The notes: generated by a model not told the origin, from the sequence alone. Counted from the whole stretch's first letter, positions 1 through 9,487 are shown. The stretch is DNA of 62,777 nucleotides, filler included, from an uncultured bacterium (GCA_964609495.1; 15 parts of 15 records of this genome joined end to end with filler, not necessarily neighbours in it); one strand, 5' to 3'. A program made the numbers and translations.

Positions 1-312
1 TAAGACTAAAGAAGCTAGAAAGGCTTATCTTAAACTAGAGAAGAGAAAGAAGGGATATTTGTTCAGGTCAAGAAGATGAGTGGCCTGAAAGAATAGGGGA
101 GGAGATAATTGAGATCGGCGCATCGATAGAAACAAAAGAGATTTTACAAATTATAAATAATATTAGATGATTAAGGGATTGAAAAGAGATAAATCGCTAC
201 TATAAATTATAAATAGATAAGTAGTATTCCTTGATCATCATCGATTTTAGAGGGGTAAGCAAGATGCTCACTCCCTAAGATAAAGAGGGATACTACCAAA
301 CTTCGACAAGGG

Positions 313-2409
313 GTGTTGAAGAGGATGAAGAGAAATTTGGTGGTATTTTTATTTGGGTTAGCAATGGTCGTTTTAGCTCTCGGCTGTGAGGTTGCCGATA
401 AGACCGCGATAGGAGTAAAACCATTTAAGGTGGAGACGCAGATAACTGACGAGCAGGGAAAAGTGATATTTGGAGAGAATACGTCTGATCAGATCACCCT
501 CTACTCGGTAGATGAAGGTGGAGTGCCACTCGCTAATTTAAAGGTCACTCTCTTTGCGGATGGAGTCAGGATAGGAAGTTCCTTGATCGCAGTAGCAGAT
601 CCTCAAGGTATTTACATACCTTATCTTTTCTCACCTCAGGAGGATGAGGGAGTGGTGAGGAACAACCAAGGAGAGGCGATCGGAAAGCGCGTCCTTCGCC
701 GAGAGATGATAGCCAGCGATGGACTTCAGGTAAGCTTAAATCCTATCTATGAGGAGAAAGCTACCAATCTATATAAATATCTTTTTGAGCCCGTGTATGG
801 AGCTTTCAAAGTAGAATGTGCTTGTGAACTATTCGATTTGGATTTCTGGCTTAAGAATATCTGGATAACGAGGGGATTAGCTGAGTTAGCATCTTATGCG
901 GATAAAGGCTCACTAGCGGATATATCATTCCATAATAGAGCAGGAAAGGTAAACTTTAATATCTTTCAATTAAGCCAAGTTAAACAGATGAAAAGTTATA
1001 TAAGCGAGGGCTATAAACCCTCTCAGTTGTTCGAAATATATTATCCCGATCCTGCCTTCGAGGATCAGCTCCCCTTTATTATCGTTAAGCCCAAGGATGA
1101 TCCCACCAATAGCTCACCTATAGTCAGCATTAAAGCGGATAAATATCAGGGAGAAGTTCCTCTCCGAGTGCAGTTCCAAGCTGAAGTCAGTGATGATGGG
1201 AAAGTAGTATCTTATATGTGGGATTATGGAGATGGTGATATCGGCACAGTTCAAAATCCCGTCCATACTTTCAATTCGACTGGTAGCTACGAGGTAACTT
1301 GCACCATCGAGGATGAATATGGAGCAAAGGGGGAAGACTCGCTCACGATAAAAGTTGGGAATAGAGCGAATAGAGAACCTAGCGTTGAGATCGCGGCTTT
1401 CCCACAAAGCGGAGTCAGTCCCCTAGATGTTCAATTCGCCGCCTGGGGATTCGATGAGGATGGGGGTATCAAGTCCTATTTCTGGGATTTTGGTGATGGT
1501 GAGACGATCTCCGGGCAATATCCTCTCCATACCTATATGCAGGAGGGAGTATATACCGCGGTATGTGTGGTTACCGATGATAGGGGAGCCACTGGCAGAA
1601 ATGTAATAGATATATCTGTTAGCGAGCCTCCTTCAACAACGCTTCAGATATCGGCTACCCCTACCCAGGGGAGCGCTCCCTTAACGGTGAGTTTCACCGC
1701 GGTTGTTTCAGGGGAGGTGACCTCCTATCTCTGGGATTTTGGCGATGGAGGAACGAGCACCGACCAGAATCCCACTCATACTTATGTGAATGCTGGCGTT
1801 TTCACCGCTAGTTGCACGGTTACTCAGCCCTCCGGTGGCACTCAAAGTGATACAGTGACTATAACAGTTACGGATGATTCGGAAACTGAGGATTCAGGGA
1901 CCTATATGGTCTATAAAGCCTCTCAGCCGATAACTAGCGGCACCATAGAGTTCGATGTTACCGGTTTATCGAGCGCTGGCTCCAGTAAAGATGTTATGTT
2001 CGTCTTGAGCAAGGGGATGACGAAGGAAGATTATGAAACTTATCGTTTCGATATCAGGAAGTATGAGGGTGGTCTCCACCTTATGAAATCAGTTTTTGTG
2101 AACAGGGCGAATGGGAACTTCGCGGTGGAGAAGTATTGGATGAATAGAGAGCTGATCTATTGGGAGCCAACTCACACCTATCACTTTACCATAACTTGGG
2201 GGAATTATAGCGTCAGTGCCTCTAGGAGAGATCTAACGACTGGGGAGGTTAAGAGCGTTAGTTTAGACTATCAAGGCGCAGGAGAATTCGGTCCGACCTA
2301 TATAATGATCGGCTGGAATCCTAAATATGGTATCCCTCCAGGAGGATATTACTCTAACGTTAAACTACCGACTGGCGTATCATATGAGCTTGTTAAATAC
2401 AAACCTTAA
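313..2409 (+). CDS. PKD-repeat surface lipoprotein (3 PKD domains plus C-terminal beta-rich domain)
   Basis: Lipobox-like LALGC after a hydrophobic leader; three (Y/F)xWD(F/Y)GDG...P.HT(Y/F)...G.(Y/F)...C.V PKD repeats; downstream terminator. Confidence 0.8.
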   Translation: MLKRMKRNLVVFLFGLAMVVLALGCEVADKTAIGVKPFKVETQITDEQGKVIFGENTSDQITLYSVDEGGVPLANLKVTLFADGVRIGSSLIAVADPQGIYIPYLFSPQEDEGVVRNNQGEAIGKRVLRREMIASDGLQVSLNPIYEEKATNLYKYLFEPVYGAFKVECACELFDLDFWLKNIWITRGLAELASYADKGSLADISFHNRAGKVNFNIFQLSQVKQMKSYISEGYKPSQLFEIYYPDPAFEDQLPFIIVKPKDDPTNSSPIVSIKADKYQGEVPLRVQFQAEVSDDGKVVSYMWDYGDGDIGTVQNPVHTFNSTGSYEVTCTIEDEYGAKGEDSLTIKVGNRANREPSVEIAAFPQSGVSPLDVQFAAWGFDEDGGIKSYFWDFGDGETISGQYPLHTYMQEGVYTAVCVVTDDRGATGRNVIDISVSEPPSTTLQISATPTQGSAPLTVSFTAVVSGEVTSYLWDFGDGGTSTDQNPTHTYVNAGVFTASCTVTQPSGGTQSDTVTITVTDDSETEDSGTYMVYKASQPITSGTIEFDVTGLSSAGSSKDVMFVLSKGMTKEDYETYRFDIRKYEGGLHLMKSVFVNRANGNFAVEKYWMNRELIYWEPTHTYHFTITWGNYSVSASRRDLTTGEVKSVSLDYQGAGEFGPTYIMIGWNPKYGIPPGGYYSNVKLPTGVSYELVKYKP

Positions 2410-2453
2410 AAATTATCCTTAACATTCTCAGAATAGCCTTTTTATCTGCTTTT

Positions 2454-2479
2454 AGCGGGTGCCTAGCACCCGCTTTTTT
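2454..2479 (+). terminator. Intrinsic terminator
   Basis: AGCGGGTGC-cta-GCACCCGCT stem followed by a T-tract, 45 nt after the stop codon. Confidence 0.8.
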
Positions 2480-2501
2480 GACATAAAGGTTTATTGGAGA
2501 C

Positions 2502-2530
2502 TTGACATATAATTTATTCTATGATATACT
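2502..2530 (+). promoter_or_regulatory. Sigma70-type promoter for second PKD lipoprotein
   Basis: TTGACA-17 nt-TATACT with extended -10 TG. Confidence 0.7.
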
Positions 2531-2635
2531 TTAGGGCGAAGTTCGGATAAGCGAAATATAGGTTGTCAACAACCCCTACCACAAGGATAGGGATTTCTGC
2601 CGATTAGTTTCTTATGAACAACAGGCATCTGAAAA

Positions 2636-4420
2636 ATGATAAAAAAGATTTCTGTATCGATCCTATCTTTGATAATAGCGGTTATTATATATGGCTGCGA
2701 AGGGGTAGATCTAGGAGGGGGCTCTCCTTCTGATGGAGTTATCTTCAAGATCACCGATAACACCGGCCAGGTAGAATTTATGTCTGCCCCCGAGGAAAGA
2801 GTCTTATTATCAATAATTGAGGAAAAGGGATACTCTATACCTGGTCTTGAGGTTACCATCTTCACCGATGGCAAAAATGCTCTTAACTCCCTCATAATGA
2901 TTATCGATCCAAAGCATTCGTATGTGCCTTATATCTTCTCTCCTTCCGAGGATGATATAATAGCCAAGAGTGTAGGAGATAACAAGGCTCAATACACTGT
3001 TACTAGATATATAACTCGCCAAATGATAGATATAGAGGAGGCTGTAGATAAGGAAGAAGGCTCGAATCCGATCTATCAAGAGAGATTAGCCAATCTCGAT
3101 AGATATCTTGTAAATGGGGGTTATTACGAGAAGAAATTCACTTGCCCTGGGAATGAACTCAATTCTTATCTAAAGGAATATTGGGATAATAGCGATCTTA
3201 GCGATAAGACCTGTCTCTCCTCGCTCGAAGAGAAGTTCTTAGCCCACCTTGCCCTCAAGGAGAATGAAGAGGCTATGCTCAATATCTTTAAGATAGACGA
3301 GATAAGGCAGGAACAAGACTACCTTAAAGGAGGATACGTGCTTAATCAGTTATTCGAGGTATATTATCCTAAGATGAGCACAAATAAGGCTCTTCCCTTC
3401 CCAATTATTCGTCCTCAGGGTGAACCCACTAATATCCCCCCAATGGTCGATATAGAAGCAGATAAAGTTCAGGGTAGTCCACCTCTCGAAGTTCGTTTCG
3501 TCGCTAATGTCTATGATGAGGATGGATATATAGTGTCCTATTCTTGGGACTTCGGTGATGCCACAACAAGCAATGAGCAAGCTCCCACCCATATCTATGA
3601 AAGAAGAGGAGTATATACTGCTGTCTGCAAGGTGAGTGATAATTCAGGTGCTTATGCCGAGGATTGGGTAAAGGTGGAGGTCAATAACCCTCCTCTAATC
3701 TTCGTAACCGCGAATCCAACTAGTGGCAATCCTCCCCTAGCTGTCCAATTCAGAGCTGATGCATATGACAGCGATGGCTCTATCCGAGGTTACAATTGGG
3801 ATTTTGGAGATGGAACGACAAGCAATGAACAGAATCCCAGCCATGTCTATACTGTCGAAGGAAGATATGTAGCGACCTGTGTTGTAACTGACAATATGGG
3901 AAGCACCGCGATAGATGCGGTGATGATATCAGCGGGAAAGGGAACGATACCAGGAGAGGATACAGGAAGCTATATGGTCTATAAAGCCTCTCAGCCGATA
4001 ACTAGCGGCACTGTGGAGTTTGATGTTACTGGTCTGTCCAGTGCTGGATCTACTAAAGATGTTATGTTCGTCTTGACCAAGGGGATGACGAGGACCGATT
4101 ATGAAAATTATCGCTTCGACATCAGGAAGTATGAGGGCGGTCTCCATCTTATGAAATCAGTTTTTGTGAACAGGGCGAATGGGAACTTCGCGGTGGAGAA
4201 GTATTGGATGAATAGAGAGCTGATCTATTGGGAGCCAACTCACACCTATCACTTTACCATAACTTGGGGGAATTATAGCGTCAGTGCCTCTAGGAGAGAT
4301 CTAACGACTGGGGAGGTTAAGAGCGTTAGTTTAGACTATCAAGGCGCAGGAGAATTCGGTCCGACCTATATAATGATCGGCTGGAATCCTAAATATGGTA
4401 TCCCTCCGGGGGGGCGCTAT
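2636..4420 (+). CDS. PKD-repeat surface lipoprotein, paralog of 313..2409 (3' end cut by contig end)
   Basis: IIYGC lipobox, two PKD repeats, C-terminal domain nearly identical to the upstream paralog. Confidence 0.8.
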
Positions 4421-4520
4421 NNNNNNNNNNNNNNNNNNNNNNNNNNNNNNNNNNNNNNNNNNNNTTAATTAATTAANNNNNNNNNNNNNNNNNNNNNNNN
4501 NNNNNNNNNNNNNNNNNNNN
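4421..4520. other. Artificial contig linker (also at 8801, 13134, 17451, 21762, 26011, 30233, 34437, 38627, 42728, 46828, 50834, 54839, 58832)
   Basis: Identical 100-nt N-TTAATTAATTAA-N spacers with stops in all six frames; intervening contigs shrink monotonically (4280, 4233, 4217, 4211 ... 3893 bp). Confidence 0.97.
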
Positions 4521-4777
4521 ACCCTATACATGGCGTTGAGGAATTCAAACAATTCATGGCCGCGATACACACCGCCTTCCCCGACATCTACGTCACCACT
4601 GAGAAAATGGTCGCTGAAGGGAACAAGGTAGAGATCCTCTGGACATGGCATGCCACCCACAAAGGTAAGTTTATGGGCATACCGCCTACTGGCATACATT
4701 TGACGTTCACCGGGATCGCCATTCACCACCTCGCTGGCGGTAAGATCGTGGAATCCTGGTGGAACTTGAGTGCCTGA
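4521..4777 (+). CDS. SnoaL-like ester cyclase, C-terminal part (5' truncated; 3' end possibly decayed)
   Basis: AFPDI...AEGNKV...THKGKFMGIPPTG...GGKIVESW motifs. Confidence 0.75.
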
Positions 4778-4868
4778 GGTAGAACAGAAGCTCAGCAGTT
4801 TGATGCTATCGAACTCTTAATCAATTCTATTTTACAGAAAGGGTGTGGAAAAGGGCAATTCTTCCCCT

Positions 4869-4919
4869 TAAAGGAAACTTCTGCAGACAATAAAACTCAA
4901 GGTAAGAAAGTTTCCTTTA
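4869..4919. repeat. Palindromic repeat family B, short form
   Basis: Perfect 12-bp inverted ends TAAAGGAAACTT...AAGTTTCCTTTA with internal AAAACTCAAG; related copies at 12601, 51054, 51211. Confidence 0.8.
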
Positions 4920-4941
4920 CGCTAAAGCAGAGGGGGCCTCC

Positions 4942-5478
4942 TTGTCCAAATCTATGAAACCTGTGATCTCGATAGTGGGTAAGAGCGATGTGGGAAAGAC
5001 TACTTTATTAGAGAGACTGATCCCTGAGCTTAAAAGGAGAGGTTATAGAGTAGGCACTATCAAACATGATACCCATAATTTCGATATGGACAAGCCGGGC
5101 AAAGACTCCTGGCGCCATGCTCAAGCTGGCTCTGATATGATAGCGGTCTCCTCTCCATCAAAAGTAGCTATAATCATAAAGGTCGAGCAAGAACTGTCGC
5201 TCGATGAGGTAGCCCAGCTTCTATCTCCTCATGTGGATCTGATCTTGACTGAAGGTTACAAGAGGGGAGATAAACCTAAGATAGAGGTCTTCCGCCCGAA
5301 ATTGCATAAAGATTTGCTTTGCCAAGAGGGTGAGTTGCTAGCTATCGTTGAGAATCATATCGGTGATGAAGATGACCACCAGGAGACCCTCTTAAAATCG
5401 AATATCCCGATCTTCAAAATGGATGAGATAGGCAGTTTAGTAGATCTGATCGAGAGGAAAATGTTAGTTGGAAAATAA
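4942..5478 (+). CDS. mobB: Molybdopterin-guanine dinucleotide biosynthesis protein B
   Basis: VGKSDVGKTTL Walker A, IKHDTH, DKPGKDSWRH, ILTEGYK motifs. Confidence 0.92.
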   Translation: MSKSMKPVISIVGKSDVGKTTLLERLIPELKRRGYRVGTIKHDTHNFDMDKPGKDSWRHAQAGSDMIAVSSPSKVAIIIKVEQELSLDEVAQLLSPHVDLILTEGYKRGDKPKIEVFRPKLHKDLLCQEGELLAIVENHIGDEDDHQETLLKSNIPIFKMDEIGSLVDLIERKMLVGK

Positions 5479-5547
5479 AAAGTTGAAAAGGGAAGGTTGA
5501 CTGCTTGTCTGACAAACCTTCCATTCCTATCTCCTATTTTCAATAAT

Positions 5548-5904
5548 CTACTTACTTTCCACCCTACCATAGGCATCCTCATACCTGATAACATCATCCT
5601 CATCAAATATTCCAAAGGATATCTCCAACATCCGACAAGGGGTATCATAAGCGAAGAGCCGATGAACGGTTCCGCGGGGAATTAATATCTCTTGCCCCTT
5701 TTCAGGTTTAAACCTCTTACCATCCAATTCAACTTCGGCCCCCTCATCCAAGGCAACCCACATCTCATCTCTATTTCGGTGTGATTGCTTGCTCAAACAT
5801 TGATGAGGCTCCACTGTAAGGATCTTGACAGTGCTAACCTCATTTAAGGTAAATTGCCTGAAGTTTCCCCAGGGTTTCTTTGTAAACTTGGTCTTACGTT
5901 CCAT
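5548..5904 (-). CDS. Cupin protein, phosphomannose isomerase type II C-terminal-like
   Basis: KPWG...LSKQSHRNRDEMW...HRL...LEISFG...DEDDVIRYEDAYGR. Confidence 0.85.
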   Translation of the reverse strand: MERKTKFTKKPWGNFRQFTLNEVSTVKILTVEPHQCLSKQSHRNRDEMWVALDEGAEVELDGKRFKPEKGQEILIPRGTVHRLFAYDTPCRMLEISFGIFDEDDVIRYEDAYGRVESK

Positions 5905-5960
5905 CTGTTCACCTTACTCGACTTTGACGGTTAGTAATTGGTAGCTACCGATTTGTTTAT

Positions 5961-5989
5961 ATTATACTAAAAACTTGTTAATCTGTCAA
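5961..5989 (-). promoter_or_regulatory. Sigma70-type promoter for cupin gene
   Basis: Minus strand TTGACA-17 nt-TATAAT. Confidence 0.75.
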
Positions 5990-5992
5990 ATA

Positions 5993-6142
5993 CTCCTCCC
6001 CCCTAACCCCATCAAGGGAGTGGGGAATGAAGGGCTTTAGTTGAATCTCAGTGTTCCCTCTCCCCTCGTGGGAGAGGGCTAGGGTGAGGGGGAGAAGCAT
6101 ATCTTCCCCAGCACAAGTTTATGTGCTTAGGAAACTACTTAA
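5993..6142. repeat. boxC-like modular palindromic repeat, family A
   Basis: CCCCTAACCCC..ATCAAGGGAG..GGGCTTTAGTTGAATCTCAG..CCCTCTCCCCTCGTGGGAGAGGGCTAGGGTGAGGGGG; lies between two divergent promoters. Confidence 0.85.
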
Positions 6143-6146
6143 TTTT

Positions 6147-6175
6147 TTGACATGATATTGTATATATGCTATAAT
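6147..6175 (+). promoter_or_regulatory. Sigma70-type promoter for PHP/NTPase operon
   Basis: Consensus TTGACA-17 nt-TATAAT with extended -10 TG. Confidence 0.8.
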
Positions 6176-6206
6176 TATAGCCTAATATTTATATAATCAC
6201 AGGTGA

Positions 6207-7430
6207 TTGTTGATGCCTCGGAAGACGATTTTATTTAGCATAACCTTAATTATAGCTCTATTCTGCCAACTATCCCTAGTATTTGGTACAGAGTATGAAC
6301 GAGTAGCGGGAACTCTTCATACTCATACCAAGGTGAGTGATGGTCTCTTTTCTGCCTCTGAAGTCGTTGAGATAGCAAGAAGGAGAGGTTTAGGAGTGGT
6401 GATATTTACCGATCATAGCGATCTGGAATGGGAATACTTTGGCGTTAAAGTCAAACACGATTCTATCCTGAGTTATGGCTTTCAAGAATACCTCGATCTT
6501 GTAGAATCAGTTTCTGCTGATAACCCCGATATGATCGTTATGGCTGGAATTGAAGCCTCTCCCTTTTACTATTGGAAGGGAGGATTTCTCGAACCAGAAC
6601 TTAGGGACTGGACGAAGCATTTGACGATCTACGGCTTAAAAACTGCTGAGGATTATGAGAAGCTTCCTATAGTGGCTTATGGAACCTCTCGCTTCGATCA
6701 GATGTCAGGCGAACAAGGAGTTGAACCGTATCAAGATCTAATAGATTACGTAAATAAGAGAGAGGGGCTAATCTTCTGGGCCCATCTAGAAAGCAGCCAT
6801 ATTAGGACTTTCGGTTCAGCTAAGATGATAGCTTCCCCTCATCCAGAGGATCTTATCAGAACTTATAATTATACCGGATTCGAAGCTTTACCCGCGAGCT
6901 ATAATATCTGCTCTTGTCCGGGAGGTTATTGGGATCAAGTATTATTAGATTACTGTGAGGGGAGGAGGAAGAAACCCGTCTGGATAACAGGGGTCTCCGA
7001 TTTCCATGGCTATGGAGATATAGCTAACCCTACCACTGTGCTCTGGCTGAAGGAGAGAAGTAGCCAAGCGGTATTGGATGCTCTGCGATGTGGCAGGATG
7101 TATGCACTAGAAGGACATCTCAGGGATTTCATCTTGCAGAAATTCGAGATCAGAAGTATCAATGGTCAACAATCAGCGATGTCAGGAGAAGAGGTAGAGT
7201 TAAGTGGCTATCCCGTAATATCAATTGATATCTCAACTCCTATTCCCCTAAAAGGGATAAAACTGATTCGCGATGGTAAATTTATAGCTGAATTCTCGAC
7301 TAATAAGATTGAGTTCTTGGACAGATATTTTGACCCAGGGAAGAAGAGCTACTATCGCTTAGAGATCCTCAATAAAGCTGGACATCGCATATTATCCAAT
7401 CCCATATTCGTCAGGTTTAAGAGAGAGTAA
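6207..7430 (+). CDS. Secreted PHP-domain (CehA/McbA-like) metallohydrolase
   Basis: Signal peptide; LHTHTKVSDG, FTDH, GIE, WAH, SDFHG metal ligands; C-terminal YYRLE...SNPIFV. Confidence 0.8.
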   Translation: MLMPRKTILFSITLIIALFCQLSLVFGTEYERVAGTLHTHTKVSDGLFSASEVVEIARRRGLGVVIFTDHSDLEWEYFGVKVKHDSILSYGFQEYLDLVESVSADNPDMIVMAGIEASPFYYWKGGFLEPELRDWTKHLTIYGLKTAEDYEKLPIVAYGTSRFDQMSGEQGVEPYQDLIDYVNKREGLIFWAHLESSHIRTFGSAKMIASPHPEDLIRTYNYTGFEALPASYNICSCPGGYWDQVLLDYCEGRRKKPVWITGVSDFHGYGDIANPTTVLWLKERSSQAVLDALRCGRMYALEGHLRDFILQKFEIRSINGQQSAMSGEEVELSGYPVISIDISTPIPLKGIKLIRDGKFIAEFSTNKIEFLDRYFDPGKKSYYRLEILNKAGHRILSNPIFVRFKRE

Positions 7431-7436
7431 TCATCC

Positions 7437-7955
7437 ATGAGAAATATCTTACTTACTGGATCTCCAGGCATTGGTAAAACCACTGTTATAAAGAAAACTC
7501 TCGAGATATTGTCATCTTCTAAGATCTCCGGCTTCTATACCGGTGAGATCAGGGAGGGAGGTGTTAGAAAAGGATTTGAGATTCGCACCTTAGATGGCCG
7601 AGGGGGAATTTTGTCTCACGTAGATATTAGGAGTCAATATCGAGTAGGAAAGTATAAAGTTGATGTCAGAGGATTTGAGGATATTGCTATTCCAGAGTTA
7701 AATCCCGATAGAGCGGATATTGATTTGATAGTGATAGATGAGATCGGGAAGATGGAGTGCTTCTCAGATAAATTTAAGCATTCGGTGATCGAAGCACTCG
7801 ATTCTGAGAAGAAGGTTTTAGCCACTATTGCCGGGAAAGGAGATCGATTCATCCAAGGGATTAAGAGGCGCGAAGATGTGGTAGTTAGAGAGGTAACTAA
7901 GGAAAATAGGGATAAGCTTCCCTCGGAGTTGGTTCGAATGATAGAAGGTGAGTAG
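7437..7955 (+). CDS. Nucleoside-triphosphatase, THEP1/NTPase_1 family
   Basis: LTGSPGIGKTT, GFYTGEIREGG.RKGF, VGKYKV, VIDEIGKMECFS. Confidence 0.92.
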   Translation: MRNILLTGSPGIGKTTVIKKTLEILSSSKISGFYTGEIREGGVRKGFEIRTLDGRGGILSHVDIRSQYRVGKYKVDVRGFEDIAIPELNPDRADIDLIVIDEIGKMECFSDKFKHSVIEALDSEKKVLATIAGKGDRFIQGIKRREDVVVREVTKENRDKLPSELVRMIEGE

Positions 7956-7956
7956 G

Positions 7957-8112
7957 ATGTATTGCCCTTATTGTAAAGTTAAGATGAGGGAAGAGAAGAG
8001 AAGTTTCCACAAGCAAAGGAAATGGGTATGTCCGTCCTGCGGCGCGGTGAGGATGCAGAGAAAGAAGAGCAAAAATTTAAGATCGAAACGAAAAAACGAA
8101 ACTTTTAATTGA
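7957..8112 (+). CDS. Small basic zinc-ribbon protein, 51 aa (absent from ORF track)
   Basis: MYCPYCKVKMREEKRSFHKQRKWVCPSCGAVRMQRKKSKNLRSKRKNETFN; two CPxC pairs; ATG 1 nt after the NTPase stop, with GAAGGTGA upstream. Confidence 0.65.
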   Translation: MYCPYCKVKMREEKRSFHKQRKWVCPSCGAVRMQRKKSKNLRSKRKNETFN

Positions 8113-8137
8113 CTTATTACGCAAAGTATGTTAAAAT
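8109..8137 (+). promoter_or_regulatory. Sigma70-type promoter for infC
   Basis: TTGACT-17 nt-TAAAAT with extended -10 TG. Confidence 0.7.
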
Positions 8138-8253
8138 AAGATAAAATTGAGAGTTGATATTCTCAAAAGTCAGTTCTTCGTGAGGACTGACTTGTTATTC
8201 TAAGAAGGATGCAATTCGCAATCGCCTTATTAATCCAAGGAGGTGACAGGGCG

Positions 8254-8781
8254 ATTTCCAAAAATTTTAAAGTTAATCGGCAAATCAGAGCTAAGGAGGT
8301 AAGGGTTATCGATAAAGACGGTAATCAGCTTGGTATTATGTCTTTTAGAGATGCTCTTAATTTAGCTCAGAATCAGGAGCTGGATTTAGTGGAAGTAGCT
8401 CCTCAAGCCAAGCCTGTGGTCTGCCGAATTATGGACTACGGAAAGTTTAGGTATGAACAGGATAAAAGAGATAAGGAGACTCGCAAGAAGCAGAAGACGA
8501 TAACCGTGAAAGGAGTCCGGTTGAACTCCGTGAGGATCGGAGAACATGATTTCGAGGTGAGACGAAATCAAGCTTATAGATTCTTGGAAGAGGGAGATAA
8601 AGTAAAGGTGTCTTTGAGATTTAGAGGAAGAGAGATGGCTCATAGGGACCTAGGACGTAATATGCTTCTTAGGATGGCGGACGAGTTGGGAGAATTAGCG
8701 ATTATCGAGAGCCCACCTCGAATGGAAGGGCGAACTATGGTTATGATCCTAGCACCTAGTAAAGATAGTAAGGATAAATAG
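8254..8781 (+). CDS. infC: Translation initiation factor IF-3 (ATT start)
   Basis: VNRQIRAKEVRVID, LDLVEVAPQAKPVVCRIMDYGKF, DKVKVSLRFRGRE; GGAGGTG SD followed by in-frame ATT at 8254, as known for infC. Confidence 0.95.
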   Translation: MSKNFKVNRQIRAKEVRVIDKDGNQLGIMSFRDALNLAQNQELDLVEVAPQAKPVVCRIMDYGKFRYEQDKRDKETRKKQKTITVKGVRLNSVRIGEHDFEVRRNQAYRFLEEGDKVKVSLRFRGREMAHRDLGRNMLLRMADELGELAIIESPPRMEGRTMVMILAPSKDSKDK

Positions 8782-8900
8782 ATTTGTCGATTAATGAAGG
8801 NNNNNNNNNNNNNNNNNNNNNNNNNNNNNNNNNNNNNNNNNNNNTTAATTAATTAANNNNNNNNNNNNNNNNNNNNNNNNNNNNNNNNNNNNNNNNNNNN

Positions 8901-9362
8901 AAAGGCTACAAGAACCTCACTATGGCCCAGGCGGTGCTCACTCCTCTAGCGGTGGATAGCGCCTTGATGAGTCCTCAGATCAGATTGAAGCTAACCGGCC
9001 GAGAGAAAAATGTGATGGGCGTAAATGTCCCTATGTTCGAGATGGAGTTTGAAGGGGATATATAGTCCTATGGGCTGGTCGATACCTCTGGTGAGCTCGA
9101 TATGGCGTTAGAGTCCTTCCGTCAAGTCATCCTCAGACTGCTCAAGCTAGCTGAGGTAGAAAGGGCGGTGGAGCTTCTCGCGGTAGAGATCGAGAGAACG
9201 AGGCGAAGGGTTAATGCCTTAGAGTTCGTTATGATTCCCAACCTAGAGGAAACGGTTAAATATATAAGTATGAAATTGGATGAGAGAGAACGAGCTAACA
9301 TAGTTAGGCTGATGAAGGTCAAGGATATTATCGGAGAGCAAGAGATAGAAATTGGAGGATAG
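8901..9362 (+). CDS. ntpD: V/A-type ATP synthase subunit D, C-terminal part, with in-frame TAG at 9063-9065
   Basis: One frame from contig start: KNVMGVNVPMFE..GDI*SYGLVDTSGELD...EIERTRRRVNALE.VMIP..ETVKYISMKLDERER. Confidence 0.88.
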
Positions 9363-9409
9363 ATCGCCTCCGAAATTTTCTATATAATAATTATGGGGAT
9401 AGCGGGATG

Positions 9410-9470
9410 CTAAAGCCTCTTTTCCCCTCCCTCGATGGGAGGGGGGCAGGGGAGGGTGATTACGAAGTAT
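9410..9470. repeat. Family A repeat, partial
   Basis: TTCCCCTCCCTCGATGGGAGGGGGGCAGGGGAGGGTGATTACGAAGTA matches copies near 38210, 34347 and 58762. Confidence 0.75.
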
Positions 9471-9487
9471 AGATATTAGAGCCTCAT

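Noticed and set aside
1..170. Coding fragment at the window start
   Set aside because: No frame gives a recognisable uninterrupted protein.
1903..4407. Diversity-generating retroelement template/variable pair
   Set aside because: Differences are mostly synonymous and not adenine-specific, both copies are coding, and no reverse transcriptase is present.
4775..4815. TGA readthrough or selenocysteine in the ester cyclase
   Set aside because: Not a Cys-equivalent position and no SECIS-like hairpin; a decayed 3' end is simpler.
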